Source of the DNA: an uncultured Clostridia bacterium
Lineage (GTDB): Bacteria > Bacillota > Clostridia > Christensenellales > Borkfalkiaceae
NCBI GenBank assembly: GCA_904419075.1
Contig: CAJFQM010000003.1
Location: 153,934-217,933 of the forward strand
Length of the DNA stretch: 64,000 nt
Reading direction: 5' to 3'
Every line of letters begins with the position of its first letter. Within the stretch, counting starts at the first letter, position 1. A program made the translations under genes and the position numbers. The notes beneath the pieces are model-generated. The model did no database searches. It was not told the DNA's origin and saw only the letters and a list, made by a program, of their open reading frames with translations. Shown here in pieces: positions 52,815 to 62,447 of the stretch.

Positions 52815-54461
52815 TCAGTCGTTTTCGGGCGGCTCCTCGTCCTTATCTTTCTCGTCGCCCGCAATGTCGCGCAGATCCTCTTCCACCTTTTCGGGACGAT
52901 CCGTGCGGCAGACCACCGTCAGAATGTCTCCGCCGTGCACCACCGTGTCTCCGTCGGGAAGGATTCTCGCCCCGTCGCGGGAAATTTCCGTCACGACGGC
53001 TCCCGCGGGCCACAGGATATTGCGGACAGAACGCCCCTCCGCGATACACCCCTCTTTCACGGAAATCGTGAAAATCTCCTTTTGAGCGCGCTCACGGATT
53101 CCGTTTTCCTTTTCAAAGAGGGAAAGCAGCTTTTCGTAAATGCCGTCGGTGCGGGAAATGTCTCCGATAAAATACCCGACGGATACCCCGATGACCACGG
53201 GCAGAAGAGGCGCAAAACTCCAAGTCAGTTCGCAGACCATGACGATGCCCGTAATCGGCGCGCGGACGATGGTCGTAAAAAAGGCGGCCATGCAAATCAT
53301 AACCAACAGATCGGCATATTTTTCGTCCATTCCGAGTGCAATCCAGCCCCGACTCAGAAGCGCTCCGATACACGCCCCTATCGCCAGCATGGGAATGAAT
53401 GCGCCGCAAGGCACTCCCGCGCCCATATTGACGCAGGTAATGACGAATTTCATGATCAGTACCACGGTCAGCGCCGCGACGAAAGGCAGTCCGAAAAGTC
53501 CCGACACGGAAGGTTCAAGGGCGCCGCCGTGCGTTCCGAGCCCCTCGATGAGGCCATGCCCCCCGCCCATGACGTCCACGGCGACGAAAGAGAAAATCCC
53601 GCCGAGAACTACGGCGACGAGAATTTTCATCCAATCCCTGAGCCACGGTTTCGGGGCAGAAATCTTTCCGAACAATCTTTTGCAGAGAAACACCGAATGG
53701 TAAAAGACCACTCCGAACAGCCCGCAGACGATCGCGGAAAGGAACACGTATCCGTAGACGGAGACGGGCATTTCATAAAAGACGTAGCTCGCAAAGGAAT
53801 TTGCGGGCGTCTTTCCCAGCATGGCATAGATCGCCGTGCGGGTGAGAAGCCCCATGATGACGGAGGAAAAGGCGCAGATAAAGACTTCGGGCGTAAAGCG
53901 CTTATGCGCTTCCTCGAAGGCGAACGCCATGCCCGTCAAAGGGGCGTTGAACGCGACCGCAAGCCCCGTACACGCGCCGCCCGTAACCTGATACCTCCGC
54001 ACCATCTCGTTTCTGCGGAGCATGCACGCGACTCCGTCGCCGCAGGCGCCGCCGATCTCCACGCTGGGACCTTCGCTCCCCGCGGAAAGGCCCATGAAAA
54101 TGCTTAGAAGGCTGGCGGCGAACATCGCCACCGCTTCCCGATACCACCGAAAGCGGATAATGCCGCGCGTCGCACCTTCCGTCTGGGGAATCCCGCTGCC
54201 CTTGATCATGGGCACCAGCCGCACCGCCGCGCTCAACAGGAACGCGCCCAGAGCCAATACGACGAAAAGCAGAGGAATAAAGACGGGATTCTGACGAATG
54301 TAGGCGTAAATATCGCGGGAAATCTCCTCTCCCGACGATGCGAATAAATTATAGAGCGTGACCACCGCGCCGGCAAAAATTCCCGTCACCGCGCCCACGG
54401 CCACGAGCTGAACGGCGTTTCTGTAAACGCTGCCTCTGTTTTTTCTCTTTTTTTCGGACAT
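52815..54461 (-). CDS. ClC-family chloride channel/antiporter with a C-terminal TrkA-C (RCK_C) domain
   Basis: GSGIPQ, GSEGPSV and GxFxP-like motifs. The C-terminus reads AEGRSVRNILWPAGAVVTEISRDG..GDILTVV. Confidence 0.85.
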   Translation of the reverse strand: MSEKKRKNRGSVYRNAVQLVAVGAVTGIFAGAVVTLYNLFASSGEEISRDIYAYIRQNPVFIPLLFVVLALGAFLLSAAVRLVPMIKGSGIPQTEGATRGIIRFRWYREAVAMFAASLLSIFMGLSAGSEGPSVEIGGACGDGVACMLRRNEMVRRYQVTGGACTGLAVAFNAPLTGMAFAFEEAHKRFTPEVFICAFSSVIMGLLTRTAIYAMLGKTPANSFASYVFYEMPVSVYGYVFLSAIVCGLFGVVFYHSVFLCKRLFGKISAPKPWLRDWMKILVAVVLGGIFSFVAVDVMGGGHGLIEGLGTHGGALEPSVSGLFGLPFVAALTVVLIMKFVITCVNMGAGVPCGAFIPMLAIGACIGALLSRGWIALGMDEKYADLLVMICMAAFFTTIVRAPITGIVMVCELTWSFAPLLPVVIGVSVGYFIGDISRTDGIYEKLLSLFEKENGIRERAQKEIFTISVKEGCIAEGRSVRNILWPAGAVVTEISRDGARILPDGDTVVHGGDILTVVCRTDRPEKVEEDLRDIAGDEKDKDEEPPEND

Positions 54462-54471
54462 GGCGCCCCTC

Positions 54472-56265
54472 TCAACTGAATTGGCTGTTATACAGTTTAT
54501 AGTAAAAACCTTTTTTCTCCAATAATTCCTCGTGTCGGCCCTGTTCGACGATATGCCCCGCGTTCATCACGAGAATGGTGTCCGCGGTGCGAATGGTCGA
54601 AAGTCGGTGTGCCACCACAAAGGAGGTCCGCCCCTTCATCAACGTGTCGAAAGCGTCGCTGATTTTCATCTCCGTGCGCGTGTCGATAGAGGACGTCGCC
54701 TCGTCCAAAATGAGCATGGGCGGCAGGCAAAGCATGATTCTCGCAATACAAAGAAGCTGTTTCTGCCCCTGCGAAAGGCTTCCGCCGTCTTCGGAAAGCA
54801 CGGTATCGTATCCCTCGGGCAGCCGTCGGATAAATCCGTCGGCATGGGAGGCCTTCGCCGCCGCGATCATCTCCTCGTCCGTCGCTTCGGGCTTTCCCAT
54901 TTTGAGATTGTCGCGCACGGTGCCGCTCTTCAACCAAGTTTCCTGCAAGACCATTCCGTAATTGGAGCGTAAGGATTTGCGCGTGATGTCCCGCACGTCC
55001 TCCCCTTCCACCTTTACGCTCCCGCCCGTCACGTCGTAAAAACGCATCAAAAGGTTGATGAGCGTCGTCTTGCCGCAGCCCGTCGGCCCCACGATCGCGA
55101 CCCGTTGCCCCGGCTTCACGGACAGGGAAAAGTCCTCGATGAGCTTCTGTTCGGGACGATAGGAAAAATAAACGTCTTTAAGCTCCACGTTCCCTTCCGC
55201 CTTCGGAAGTTCTCTCTTGCCTTCGTCGGAAGGCTGCTCCTTTTCGTCCAAAAGCTCGAAAATGCGCGCGGCACAGGCCACGGCGTTTTGCAGCTCCGTG
55301 ACGACGCCGGAAATTTCGTTGAACGGTTTCGTGTATTGGTTGGCATAGGAGAGAAAAATCGTGAGCATGCCCACCGTAAAGGCACCGTCCGAAAGGATAT
55401 GGAACGCCCCGATGAGCGTCACCAAAGCATAGACGATATTATTGACGAACCGCGTCGCGGGATTGGCCAAAGAGGAATAGAACGAGGCGTTCAGCGAGCT
55501 CTTTTCGAGGCGGGTATTGATCTCGTCGAATTTTTCCATGTTCTCCTTTTCGTGCGAAAAGGCCTGAACCGTTTTCAGCCCCGCGATGGCTTCTTCCGCA
55601 AAGGCGGTCTGTTCCCCGCGCGTCTCCGATTGTTTTTTGAAAAACGCATACGTATGCGAAGAAATATACTTTGCGATAAACATCGAAAGCGGCGTGACGA
55701 AGATGACGACGAGCGCGATTTTCCAATTCATTACCAGCATGAAAGCGAGCGTGCCGAGAATCGTCATGACGCCCGTGAAAAATTGCGTAAAGCCCATTAA
55801 AAGCCCGTCCGCGAACTGATCCGCGTCCGCGATAATGCGGCTGACCGTCTCTCCGTGGGGGTGGGAATCGAGATATTTCAAAGGGAGCGAGGAAATCTTC
55901 GAAAAGGCGTCGGAACGGAGATCTCTCACCACCTGATAGGTGATGCGGTTATTCAGCGCGCTCATGATCCACTGCGCCGCGGCGGTAATCGCCACCGAAA
56001 TCCCGATTTTGAGAAAAATCGTTTTCAGAGCGGAAAAATTTACATTGCCTTCGCCGATGATGCAATCGATCGCGTCGCCGATGAGAATGGGAACATACAG
56101 CGTTAACGCCACCGTCACGACGGCGAGCAAGAGCGTCAACACCAAAGCGATCGGGTATTTTCCGACGTAACGGAAAATCTTCTTTATCGTTCCCTTTTTG
56201 GCTCTTATTTTATGCTTTTCGGGAGAAACCGCCCTTTTATTTTTCTTGGGAGAAACTGCGTTCAT
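54472..56265 (-). CDS. ABC exporter, fused permease/ATPase (heterodimer subunit)
   Basis: The start is ATG 56263-56265, in an ATGA overlap with the upstream stop. GPTGCGKTT, LSQGQKQ, LILDEATS. Confidence 0.9.
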   Translation of the reverse strand: MNAVSPKKNKRAVSPEKHKIRAKKGTIKKIFRYVGKYPIALVLTLLLAVVTVALTLYVPILIGDAIDCIIGEGNVNFSALKTIFLKIGISVAITAAAQWIMSALNNRITYQVVRDLRSDAFSKISSLPLKYLDSHPHGETVSRIIADADQFADGLLMGFTQFFTGVMTILGTLAFMLVMNWKIALVVIFVTPLSMFIAKYISSHTYAFFKKQSETRGEQTAFAEEAIAGLKTVQAFSHEKENMEKFDEINTRLEKSSLNASFYSSLANPATRFVNNIVYALVTLIGAFHILSDGAFTVGMLTIFLSYANQYTKPFNEISGVVTELQNAVACAARIFELLDEKEQPSDEGKRELPKAEGNVELKDVYFSYRPEQKLIEDFSLSVKPGQRVAIVGPTGCGKTTLINLLMRFYDVTGGSVKVEGEDVRDITRKSLRSNYGMVLQETWLKSGTVRDNLKMGKPEATDEEMIAAAKASHADGFIRRLPEGYDTVLSEDGGSLSQGQKQLLCIARIMLCLPPMLILDEATSSIDTRTEMKISDAFDTLMKGRTSFVVAHRLSTIRTADTILVMNAGHIVEQGRHEELLEKKGFYYKLYNSQFS

Positions 56266-58070
56266 GCTTTTTCCTCCTTGTGCTGAGAGCGATAAATTTC
56301 CCGATATACGGAACAATTTTCCAAAAGCTCCTCCTGCGTGCCGATTCCCGCCGTTTTTCCGTCGTCCAGAACGACGATTTTATCCGCTCCGTTCATGGCG
56401 GAAGTGCGTTGGGAAACCACGAACACCGTCGGGGAATAGTCGAGATTTTTGAGCGCTTTTCTGAGCGCCGCGTCCGTCGCGTAATCGAGCGCGGAAGCCG
56501 AATCGTCCAGAATGAGAATCTCGGGCCGCCGCACCAGCGCGCGGGCAATCGTCAGGCGCTGTTTCTGTCCGCCCGAAAAATTGCGGCCGCCCTGCTCTAC
56601 GGGCGCATCCAGCCCGCCCTTGTCCTCTATCACTTTATCCGCCTGCGCCGCTTTCGCCGCGAGCATCAATTCTTCGTCCGTCGCGTCCGCCTTTCCCCAA
56701 AGCAGATTCTCCCGAATCGTCCCCTTAAAGAGGAGCGCCTTTTGCGGCACTACCCCGATTTTGTCCCGAAGCGCCTTCGGGTCGTAAGCGCGCACGTCCT
56801 TTCCCGCGACCTTCACGCTCCCTTCCGTCACGTCGTAAAAGTGCGGCACGAGATTGACGAGCGTCGTCTTTCCCGAACCCGTCCCGCCGATGACCCCCAC
56901 CGTCTCTCCGCGCTTCAAGCAAAAATCGATATCGGTGAGCGCGTTTTCCCCGCCCCCCTGATAGCGCATGCTCACGTGGTCGAATTCGATAAAAGCGGCA
57001 GAATCGGCAGAAGTGACCGAATCGGCAGAATCGGACGCGCGTGCTCCGCTCCTTTCCGCCTGCTTTTCCGATTCAAAATCCGAGGGCGGAAAAAGCTGCA
57101 AGGAGCTTTCCATGACGAGCACGCCCTCGATGCGGCTGCCGCACGCGGCCGATTTCGTAACGGTAATGATGAGGTTGGCGAGCTTGATGAGCTCGACGAG
57201 AATCTGAGACATGAGATTGTAGAGAGCCAGAACGTTGCCCTGAGAAATGTGTCCCGAATTGACGCGGAGCGCACCCACATAGATGAGTACGACGATCGCC
57301 ACGTTGATGAGAGCGTAAGTAAGGGGATTCATGAGGGCGCTGATGCCGCCTACAAACTTCTGACTTTTCGTAAGCGCCCCGTTGCGACGGGAAAACAGTT
57401 GCTTTTCGTCCTCCTCCTTGCAAAACGCGCGGAGGACTCTGGCGCCCGTCAGATTTTCGCGGGTAGAGAGCAGAACTTTATCCAGCTTCGCCTGAGATTT
57501 TTTATAGAGCGGCATGCACACGAGCATGATCGCAAACACGACGGCGGCAAGGACGGGAATCGCGCCCGCAAACACGAGAGCCGAAGTCGGATCGATGAAA
57601 AACGCCATGATCATGGCTCCGAATACGATGAAGGGCGAACGCAAAAAGAGACGCAGAACCATATTGATTCCCGCCTGCAACTGATTGACGTCGTTGGTCA
57701 TTCTCGTCAGCATGGCCGACGTGCCCAGCTTATCCATATCCGAATAACTCAGGGACTGCAATTTTCCGAACAACGCCTTTCTCACCTGAGCGGACACGCC
57801 CGCGGCGGCCTTTGCGGCAAAATACTGCGCCGTCACCGAACAGGCCAATCCGACCAGCCCGAACGCACAAAGAACGAGGCACATGGAAACGATATAGGAA
57901 CGATCCGCGTTCGGGTATCCGCCGTCCACGTATGCACCCAGCCCCTTATCGACAATCAAAGAGACGATGACGGGCACGATCAGTTCAAACGACGCTTCCA
58001 GAAGTTTGAACAGCGGGCCGAGAATGCTCTGTACCTTATATGGCTTGAAATAGGGTAGAATTTTTTTCAT
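56262..58070 (-). CDS. ABC exporter, fused permease/ATPase (heterodimer subunit)
   Basis: GGTGSGKTT, FSGGQKQRLTIARA, LILDDSASALD. Confidence 0.9.
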   Translation of the reverse strand: MKKILPYFKPYKVQSILGPLFKLLEASFELIVPVIVSLIVDKGLGAYVDGGYPNADRSYIVSMCLVLCAFGLVGLACSVTAQYFAAKAAAGVSAQVRKALFGKLQSLSYSDMDKLGTSAMLTRMTNDVNQLQAGINMVLRLFLRSPFIVFGAMIMAFFIDPTSALVFAGAIPVLAAVVFAIMLVCMPLYKKSQAKLDKVLLSTRENLTGARVLRAFCKEEDEKQLFSRRNGALTKSQKFVGGISALMNPLTYALINVAIVVLIYVGALRVNSGHISQGNVLALYNLMSQILVELIKLANLIITVTKSAACGSRIEGVLVMESSLQLFPPSDFESEKQAERSGARASDSADSVTSADSAAFIEFDHVSMRYQGGGENALTDIDFCLKRGETVGVIGGTGSGKTTLVNLVPHFYDVTEGSVKVAGKDVRAYDPKALRDKIGVVPQKALLFKGTIRENLLWGKADATDEELMLAAKAAQADKVIEDKGGLDAPVEQGGRNFSGGQKQRLTIARALVRRPEILILDDSASALDYATDAALRKALKNLDYSPTVFVVSQRTSAMNGADKIVVLDDGKTAGIGTQEELLENCSVYREIYRSQHKEEKA

Positions 58071-58125
58071 AATCTTTCTTTATCCATTGTTTTACCGCAC
58101 GAAAGGAGCTTTACGGTATCGATTC

Positions 58126-58154
58126 ATTATAGCATGCTTAACGGGAAAAATCAA
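58126..58154 (-). promoter_or_regulatory. Sigma-A promoter for the second ABC pair
   Basis: Minus strand reads TTGATT-17 nt-TATAAT. Confidence 0.6.
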
Positions 58155-58170
58155 GAATTTCCGACCGAAC

Positions 58171-58206
58171 AAAAAGAGCGGGGAGAATTTTCTCCCGCTC
58201 TTTTTT
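58171..58206. terminator. Terminator after the acidic membrane-anchored protein gene
   Basis: gagcggggaga-attt-tctcccgctc, with an A run before it and a T run after it. Confidence 0.75.
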
Positions 58207-58243
58207 GAGCGCCTATCCTATACGCAGGGGCGTTTAAGCCGCG

Positions 58244-59215
58244 TCAATCGACGAAATGCGAATATAATTCCCTATATGCCCGAATTTTCAGCAGTCTTTC
58301 CCCGTCCTCCGTCGAAGACAAATCCTCGTTGTCGCGATTGATTCGACGGGCGTTCACCAGTTTGTTGGTAAAAATCCCGAACGCGACGAAACAGCCGACG
58401 GCGAGGACGCCGAATACCGCCGTGAGAACGGGAAACAACATATCGGGACGGGTGTTTATCCGAAGCCCGAAAACGGCCGTGCAGACGACAAAAACGAGAA
58501 GGGGGATTCCCGTCCCGATTACTTTTTTCAGGGCGGACGAAATGCGCGCCTTCAAAATCGCGCGGCGTTTTTTCTGCTTGCTCTCCACTTCCTTCGCCAG
58601 CGGACCTTCTTCCGCTTCGAGCTCAGCGATCCGCTTTTCAAACATGCCGCGGTAATTCGCTTTGAGCTTTTCCACCGCTCCGTCGCCGAGGTCGTTTTCC
58701 AGACTGTCGTACCCCGTCTCCGCATATTCCTCCGCGAGAATGTCAGGTTCGGAAAAATCGGAGGTTCTGGCGCGCCAATATCCGACGGCGGCGTCCGCGG
58801 CTTCCTCGTCCAACGGCAGAGCCTTTTCAAATTTCAGTTCCGCGGCTTTGAAACTGCCCGACAGAAGGAGCTCTTCCCCTTCCTCGCAAAGGCGCTTATA
58901 CTCCGCCCTGCGCGCCGCTTCCTCCGCCTCTTTTTTCTTGCGGAGCGCTATCGCTTCCTCGGGCGTCAGATTGACGAGATCCTCGTCGTCCTCCTCCAAT
59001 TCGGGAAATTCAAAGGAGACTTCCTCCTCGGGTTCCGCTTCCGGATCTTCGAGACTTTCCGTCAGCTCGCCTTCCAATACGGAATCCTCTTCCGTCTCCG
59101 GAGGCGTCTCTTTCGCTTCCTCCGAAAGCTCGTCCGTTACGTCCACATAACCGTCCTTTGTCTTTTTCAGGCGGATACCTCTCGCGTATTCGTCGTCGAT
59201 AATTCTTTCTTCCAT
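58244..59215 (-). CDS. Hypothetical highly acidic protein with two C-terminal TM helices
   Basis: The start is set at MEERIIDDEY (ATG 59213-59215). An Asp/Glu-rich N-terminal half and a helical middle are followed by IGTGIPLLVFVVCTAVFGL and LFPVLTAVFGVLAVGCFVAFGIF. Confidence 0.55.
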   Translation of the reverse strand: MEERIIDDEYARGIRLKKTKDGYVDVTDELSEEAKETPPETEEDSVLEGELTESLEDPEAEPEEEVSFEFPELEEDDEDLVNLTPEEAIALRKKKEAEEAARRAEYKRLCEEGEELLLSGSFKAAELKFEKALPLDEEAADAAVGYWRARTSDFSEPDILAEEYAETGYDSLENDLGDGAVEKLKANYRGMFEKRIAELEAEEGPLAKEVESKQKKRRAILKARISSALKKVIGTGIPLLVFVVCTAVFGLRINTRPDMLFPVLTAVFGVLAVGCFVAFGIFTNKLVNARRINRDNEDLSSTEDGERLLKIRAYRELYSHFVD

Positions 59216-59229
59216 AGCTTGTCTCCCGT

Positions 59230-60159
59230 TTATTCCTCGTCTGAGGATAATTCCCGTTCCTCGTCCGTCAGCGCGAACGGCGAACGGAACGACTTTTTCT
59301 TTTCCTTCGGCACGACCGTCTTTACCGTATACGTGCGGAATTTGCCCCTGTAACGGCTGCGCGCCCAATCGCACAGCTCCGCCGTCTCGAACAAAGCGAA
59401 AACTCCGCTGCCCGATCCCGTCATGCAGGCTCCGAGAGGAGAAAAACTCCGCGCCTCTTCAAGCGCCGTTTCCACGTCCTCGTTCAACCTTGCGGCAGCG
59501 GGATAAAGCGCGTTGGATAATCCCCTGCCCAAGCCTTCCGCGTCGCCTTTCAGGAACGCCCCGAGACAATTTTCCGTGGAAGGGGCAATTCTTTCCCCTT
59601 CGTCGCAAGCCTTATAGCACGCTCCCGCCGAAACGGGCGTCCGCGGACAAATCAAAAAAAGATTCAAGGGACGTTCGGGCGCAGGCAGAGGAGTGAGCTT
59701 CTCGCCCCGACCCTGCATGCGGCAATAGCCGCCGTTCAGCATATATCGGGTATCGCTGCCGAGGGAATCCGCAATTTCGCAAAGCGCTCTTTCGTCGTCC
59801 GCGCCGTAAAGCCGCGCAAGCCCCGAAAGCACGCCCGCGGCATCGGCGGACGAACCGCCGAGTCCCGCGCCTATCGGGATATTTTTATACACGGTTATAT
59901 CCGCGCCCTTGGTGGAAAAGCGGCGAACAAAGGCTTCGCCTGCCCGAAAAGCATTGTTTTGTTCGGGCGGAATCCCCTCGCTGTCCATGCCGTGCATGGA
60001 TACGGAAATCAGGTTATCTTTACGCTTTTTCACGCACACGAGGTCGTAAAGATTTATGCTCGCGACGAGGGAATCGATGAGGTGATACCCGCCCGCCGTC
60101 CCCACGACGTCCAGCGTCAAATTGACTTTTGCATACGATTTTACTTTTACGGTATTCAT
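59230..60159 (-). CDS. ispE: 4-diphosphocytidyl-2-C-methyl-D-erythritol kinase
   Basis: KVNLTLDV and the GHMP motif PIGAGLGGSSADAA. Confidence 0.9.
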   Translation of the reverse strand: MNTVKVKSYAKVNLTLDVVGTAGGYHLIDSLVASINLYDLVCVKKRKDNLISVSMHGMDSEGIPPEQNNAFRAGEAFVRRFSTKGADITVYKNIPIGAGLGGSSADAAGVLSGLARLYGADDERALCEIADSLGSDTRYMLNGGYCRMQGRGEKLTPLPAPERPLNLFLICPRTPVSAGACYKACDEGERIAPSTENCLGAFLKGDAEGLGRGLSNALYPAAARLNEDVETALEEARSFSPLGACMTGSGSGVFALFETAELCDWARSRYRGKFRTYTVKTVVPKEKKKSFRSPFALTDEERELSSDEE

Positions 60160-60215
60160 GCGCGGTTTCCGAGGACAGCGGCGAGGAAATCCCCGCCGCC
60201 GAAATTTCTGTTTCT

Positions 60216-60244
60216 ATTGTACCATACTTTTCCCCAAATTTCAA
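60216..60244 (-). promoter_or_regulatory. Sigma-A promoter for ispE
   Basis: Minus strand reads TTGAAA-17 nt-(TGG)TACAAT. Confidence 0.6.
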
Positions 60245-60403
60245 GATTTTAGAAGGATTTTGCGAAATTTTTTCCCGTTTTCCGATTTTTTCCGGTTTTC
60301 AGCCGTTTTTTACGCGGAAATTTTACCCGTTAATGCACGCATTTACCGCTATTTTCCGCAAAATCCTTCGACCGCGCTTCGGCGTTTTATCCCGCTTTTT
60401 CAA

Positions 60404-61903
60404 TCAATTATCCGCCGTCTTTTGGCGATAAATAAAGATTCGCTCCCCCTCTTTCACGGGGAATTTCAGTTCGGGATTGCTCTTTTCCACTTCCTCGGGC
60501 GGACGGCGGAGCTGCTTGGAAATTTCCCACAATCCGTCGCCCGCGCGGGGAATGAATATGGATATCGCGCTGTCGTTTTCCTTATACGCTTCCCCTTCTT
60601 CGATTTCCGAAATATATTCCGCCGTCGTCTCCTTATACAGCTTCAACGTCACCTTCAACGTAGCTTCCGCCTCCGCTTCCCCCTCGCGGCGCTGGCGGAC
60701 GCTCAGGCCGCAGACGGTGGCTTCCGCTTCGGCGATATAGCCTTCCTCGAATTTGACGGGAAACAGGAAGGGCAAAGAGAGCTCCGCGCTGCGGTGCACG
60801 CCGTCCGGATCGCAGAGAATGACGTCCGCAAAAACCGCGCCTTCCGCTTCTCCGCCGTTTTCGCCGCGCTTGCACGAAATCTCCGCCCGCGGCAGCACCG
60901 CCGCCTGCAACGCCGAGGAATAATCTATCGGAACCGATAAAGACGCAGAACCGCTCACCCGCTCGGTAAAACGGAGAATATCCGCAACGTATCTGCACTT
61001 CTTCGCGTCTTTTTTATAAGTAATCTCACATTCGGGCGAAAATACGTCCTCGCAGGCGGGAAGTTCGTCGCGGATATACAATTCGCAATCCGCACTCAGA
61101 ATAAATTCCGCGTCGATCTTACATTTCCCCTTTTCTTCGTCCGTCCCCGCCGTGAGCACGGCCGATTTCACGTGCACTTTCGCGGACGCGGGAAGTTTCG
61201 GCATCGATTCGTCGCAGGGAATTTCCAGACGGAAGGGAATCAGGCGCTCGTACGAGCACAAGGACAGGTCGCTCTTTAACGCACAGATGTTCAGACTGAT
61301 TTCCCCCGAAACGGAAATCTGTCCCGCTTCCGCACCGACATAGCTCACGCACACGTTTTCGCTGTGCATCAGAATGTCGCCTATGTAATCCGTCTCAAAT
61401 TCGTCCTCCGTTTCCGATTCTCCCGAAACACATACCGTCTTGACGATCGACTGCGGACATTTTTTCGATACGAGCCCTTCTCCGTCCGAAAGATACTCCG
61501 CCTGCGCCGTCCCGTATACGGAAATATCGGCTCCGATAATTACGGAAATATACAGTCCCGAACCCTCCCGACGATAAGACACGTTATCCGTGTTCAGTTC
61601 CGCCCGCGCAAAACACGCCGGCGTCACCGACTCGGATTCCGCACGGTGGGAAAACTCCGCGCCGCGTTCGGCACGGCAGACCTTGCGTTCGGCATCCTCG
61701 TATACGATGTTCAAAAAAAGCTTGCCGTTATAGCGAACCTCCCCGTCCGCACAAGTACATTCAGTGGGCACCGCCTTCGCGTAAATGGCGAGTATACCGG
61801 AAATTTCACTCCCCGGCAGACGGCACTCGACGATGGACTGACTGCCCGTGCGGCAGATTTCCGTCGTATAGCGATAAGTTTCGAAATGCGGTTTTATAGA
61901 CAT
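60404..61903 (-). CDS. DUF3794 (SPOCS-type) repeat protein with a C-terminal LysM domain; spore-coat-assembly-like
   Basis: 499 aa, Cys/Glu-rich beta repeats. The C-terminus ISIFIPRAGDGLWEISKQL...PVKEGERIFI is LysM-like. It lies between veg and ispE. Confidence 0.65.
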   Translation of the reverse strand: MSIKPHFETYRYTTEICRTGSQSIVECRLPGSEISGILAIYAKAVPTECTCADGEVRYNGKLFLNIVYEDAERKVCRAERGAEFSHRAESESVTPACFARAELNTDNVSYRREGSGLYISVIIGADISVYGTAQAEYLSDGEGLVSKKCPQSIVKTVCVSGESETEDEFETDYIGDILMHSENVCVSYVGAEAGQISVSGEISLNICALKSDLSLCSYERLIPFRLEIPCDESMPKLPASAKVHVKSAVLTAGTDEEKGKCKIDAEFILSADCELYIRDELPACEDVFSPECEITYKKDAKKCRYVADILRFTERVSGSASLSVPIDYSSALQAAVLPRAEISCKRGENGGEAEGAVFADVILCDPDGVHRSAELSLPFLFPVKFEEGYIAEAEATVCGLSVRQRREGEAEAEATLKVTLKLYKETTAEYISEIEEGEAYKENDSAISIFIPRAGDGLWEISKQLRRPPEEVEKSNPELKFPVKEGERIFIYRQKTADN

Positions 61904-61939
61904 TTTGCTTTTACCCCGTTTGTTTTCTGTTGCCTTATC

Positions 61940-61968
61940 ATTTTATGTGCCGCAAATCCGATTTATGA
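61940..61968 (-). promoter_or_regulatory. Mother-cell sigma (E/K-like) promoter for the DUF3794/LysM gene
   Basis: Minus strand reads TCATAAA-14 nt-CATAAAAT, the same architecture as the yqfC promoter. Confidence 0.4.
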
Positions 61969-62031
61969 CTTTCCCGAGAGAAAAATCCCCGCAAGTTTTT
62001 CGGCTTTTTGTCGAAAGAGAAAAAAGCATGC

Positions 62032-62059
62032 AAAAAGTCCGTCGGAAAACCCGACGGAC
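62032..62059 (-). terminator. veg terminator
   Basis: gtccgtcgg-aaaac-ccgacggac followed by TTTTT on the minus strand. Confidence 0.75.
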
Positions 62060-62156
62060 CTGAACAGATATTCTCTTTCGTCGATTGAATTTCCATCGTT
62101 CTCTTTCGTTAATCGCTGCATTTCTTTTCCGCCGTTTTTCGTCGCAGTTTTCTGAA

Positions 62157-62420
62157 TTACTGTATCTGTTTGATTTTGACGCTGCCGCAGAGCACGTCGG
62201 AATAAGAGTACGCCGTCTTGCCCAAAAAATCATCGTCGTCGGGCTTGACCGTAAACAGCGCGGGATAAATTCCCGACAGTACGCCCGAGTAGCTCAAAAT
62301 TTTGTTTCTGCCTAGATTTACACGCACCGCCACGTGCTTATAGGAGCAGTCCTTTACCATTTGTTTGATGTCCGCTATGTTTTTGGTAGGCTTAATCATA
62401 CGCTTATTATGCGCTTTCAA
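62157..62420 (-). CDS. veg: Veg family protein
   Basis: IADIKQMVKDCSYKHVAVRVNLGRNKILSYSGVLSGIYPALFTV...YSYSDVL. The start is uncertain: TTG at 62420 or ATG at 62399. Confidence 0.85.
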   Translation of the reverse strand: MKAHNKRMIKPTKNIADIKQMVKDCSYKHVAVRVNLGRNKILSYSGVLSGIYPALFTVKPDDDDFLGKTAYSYSDVLCGSVKIKQIQ

Positions 62421-62447
62421 AGCCCTTTTTATACCAAAATCTTCCAG

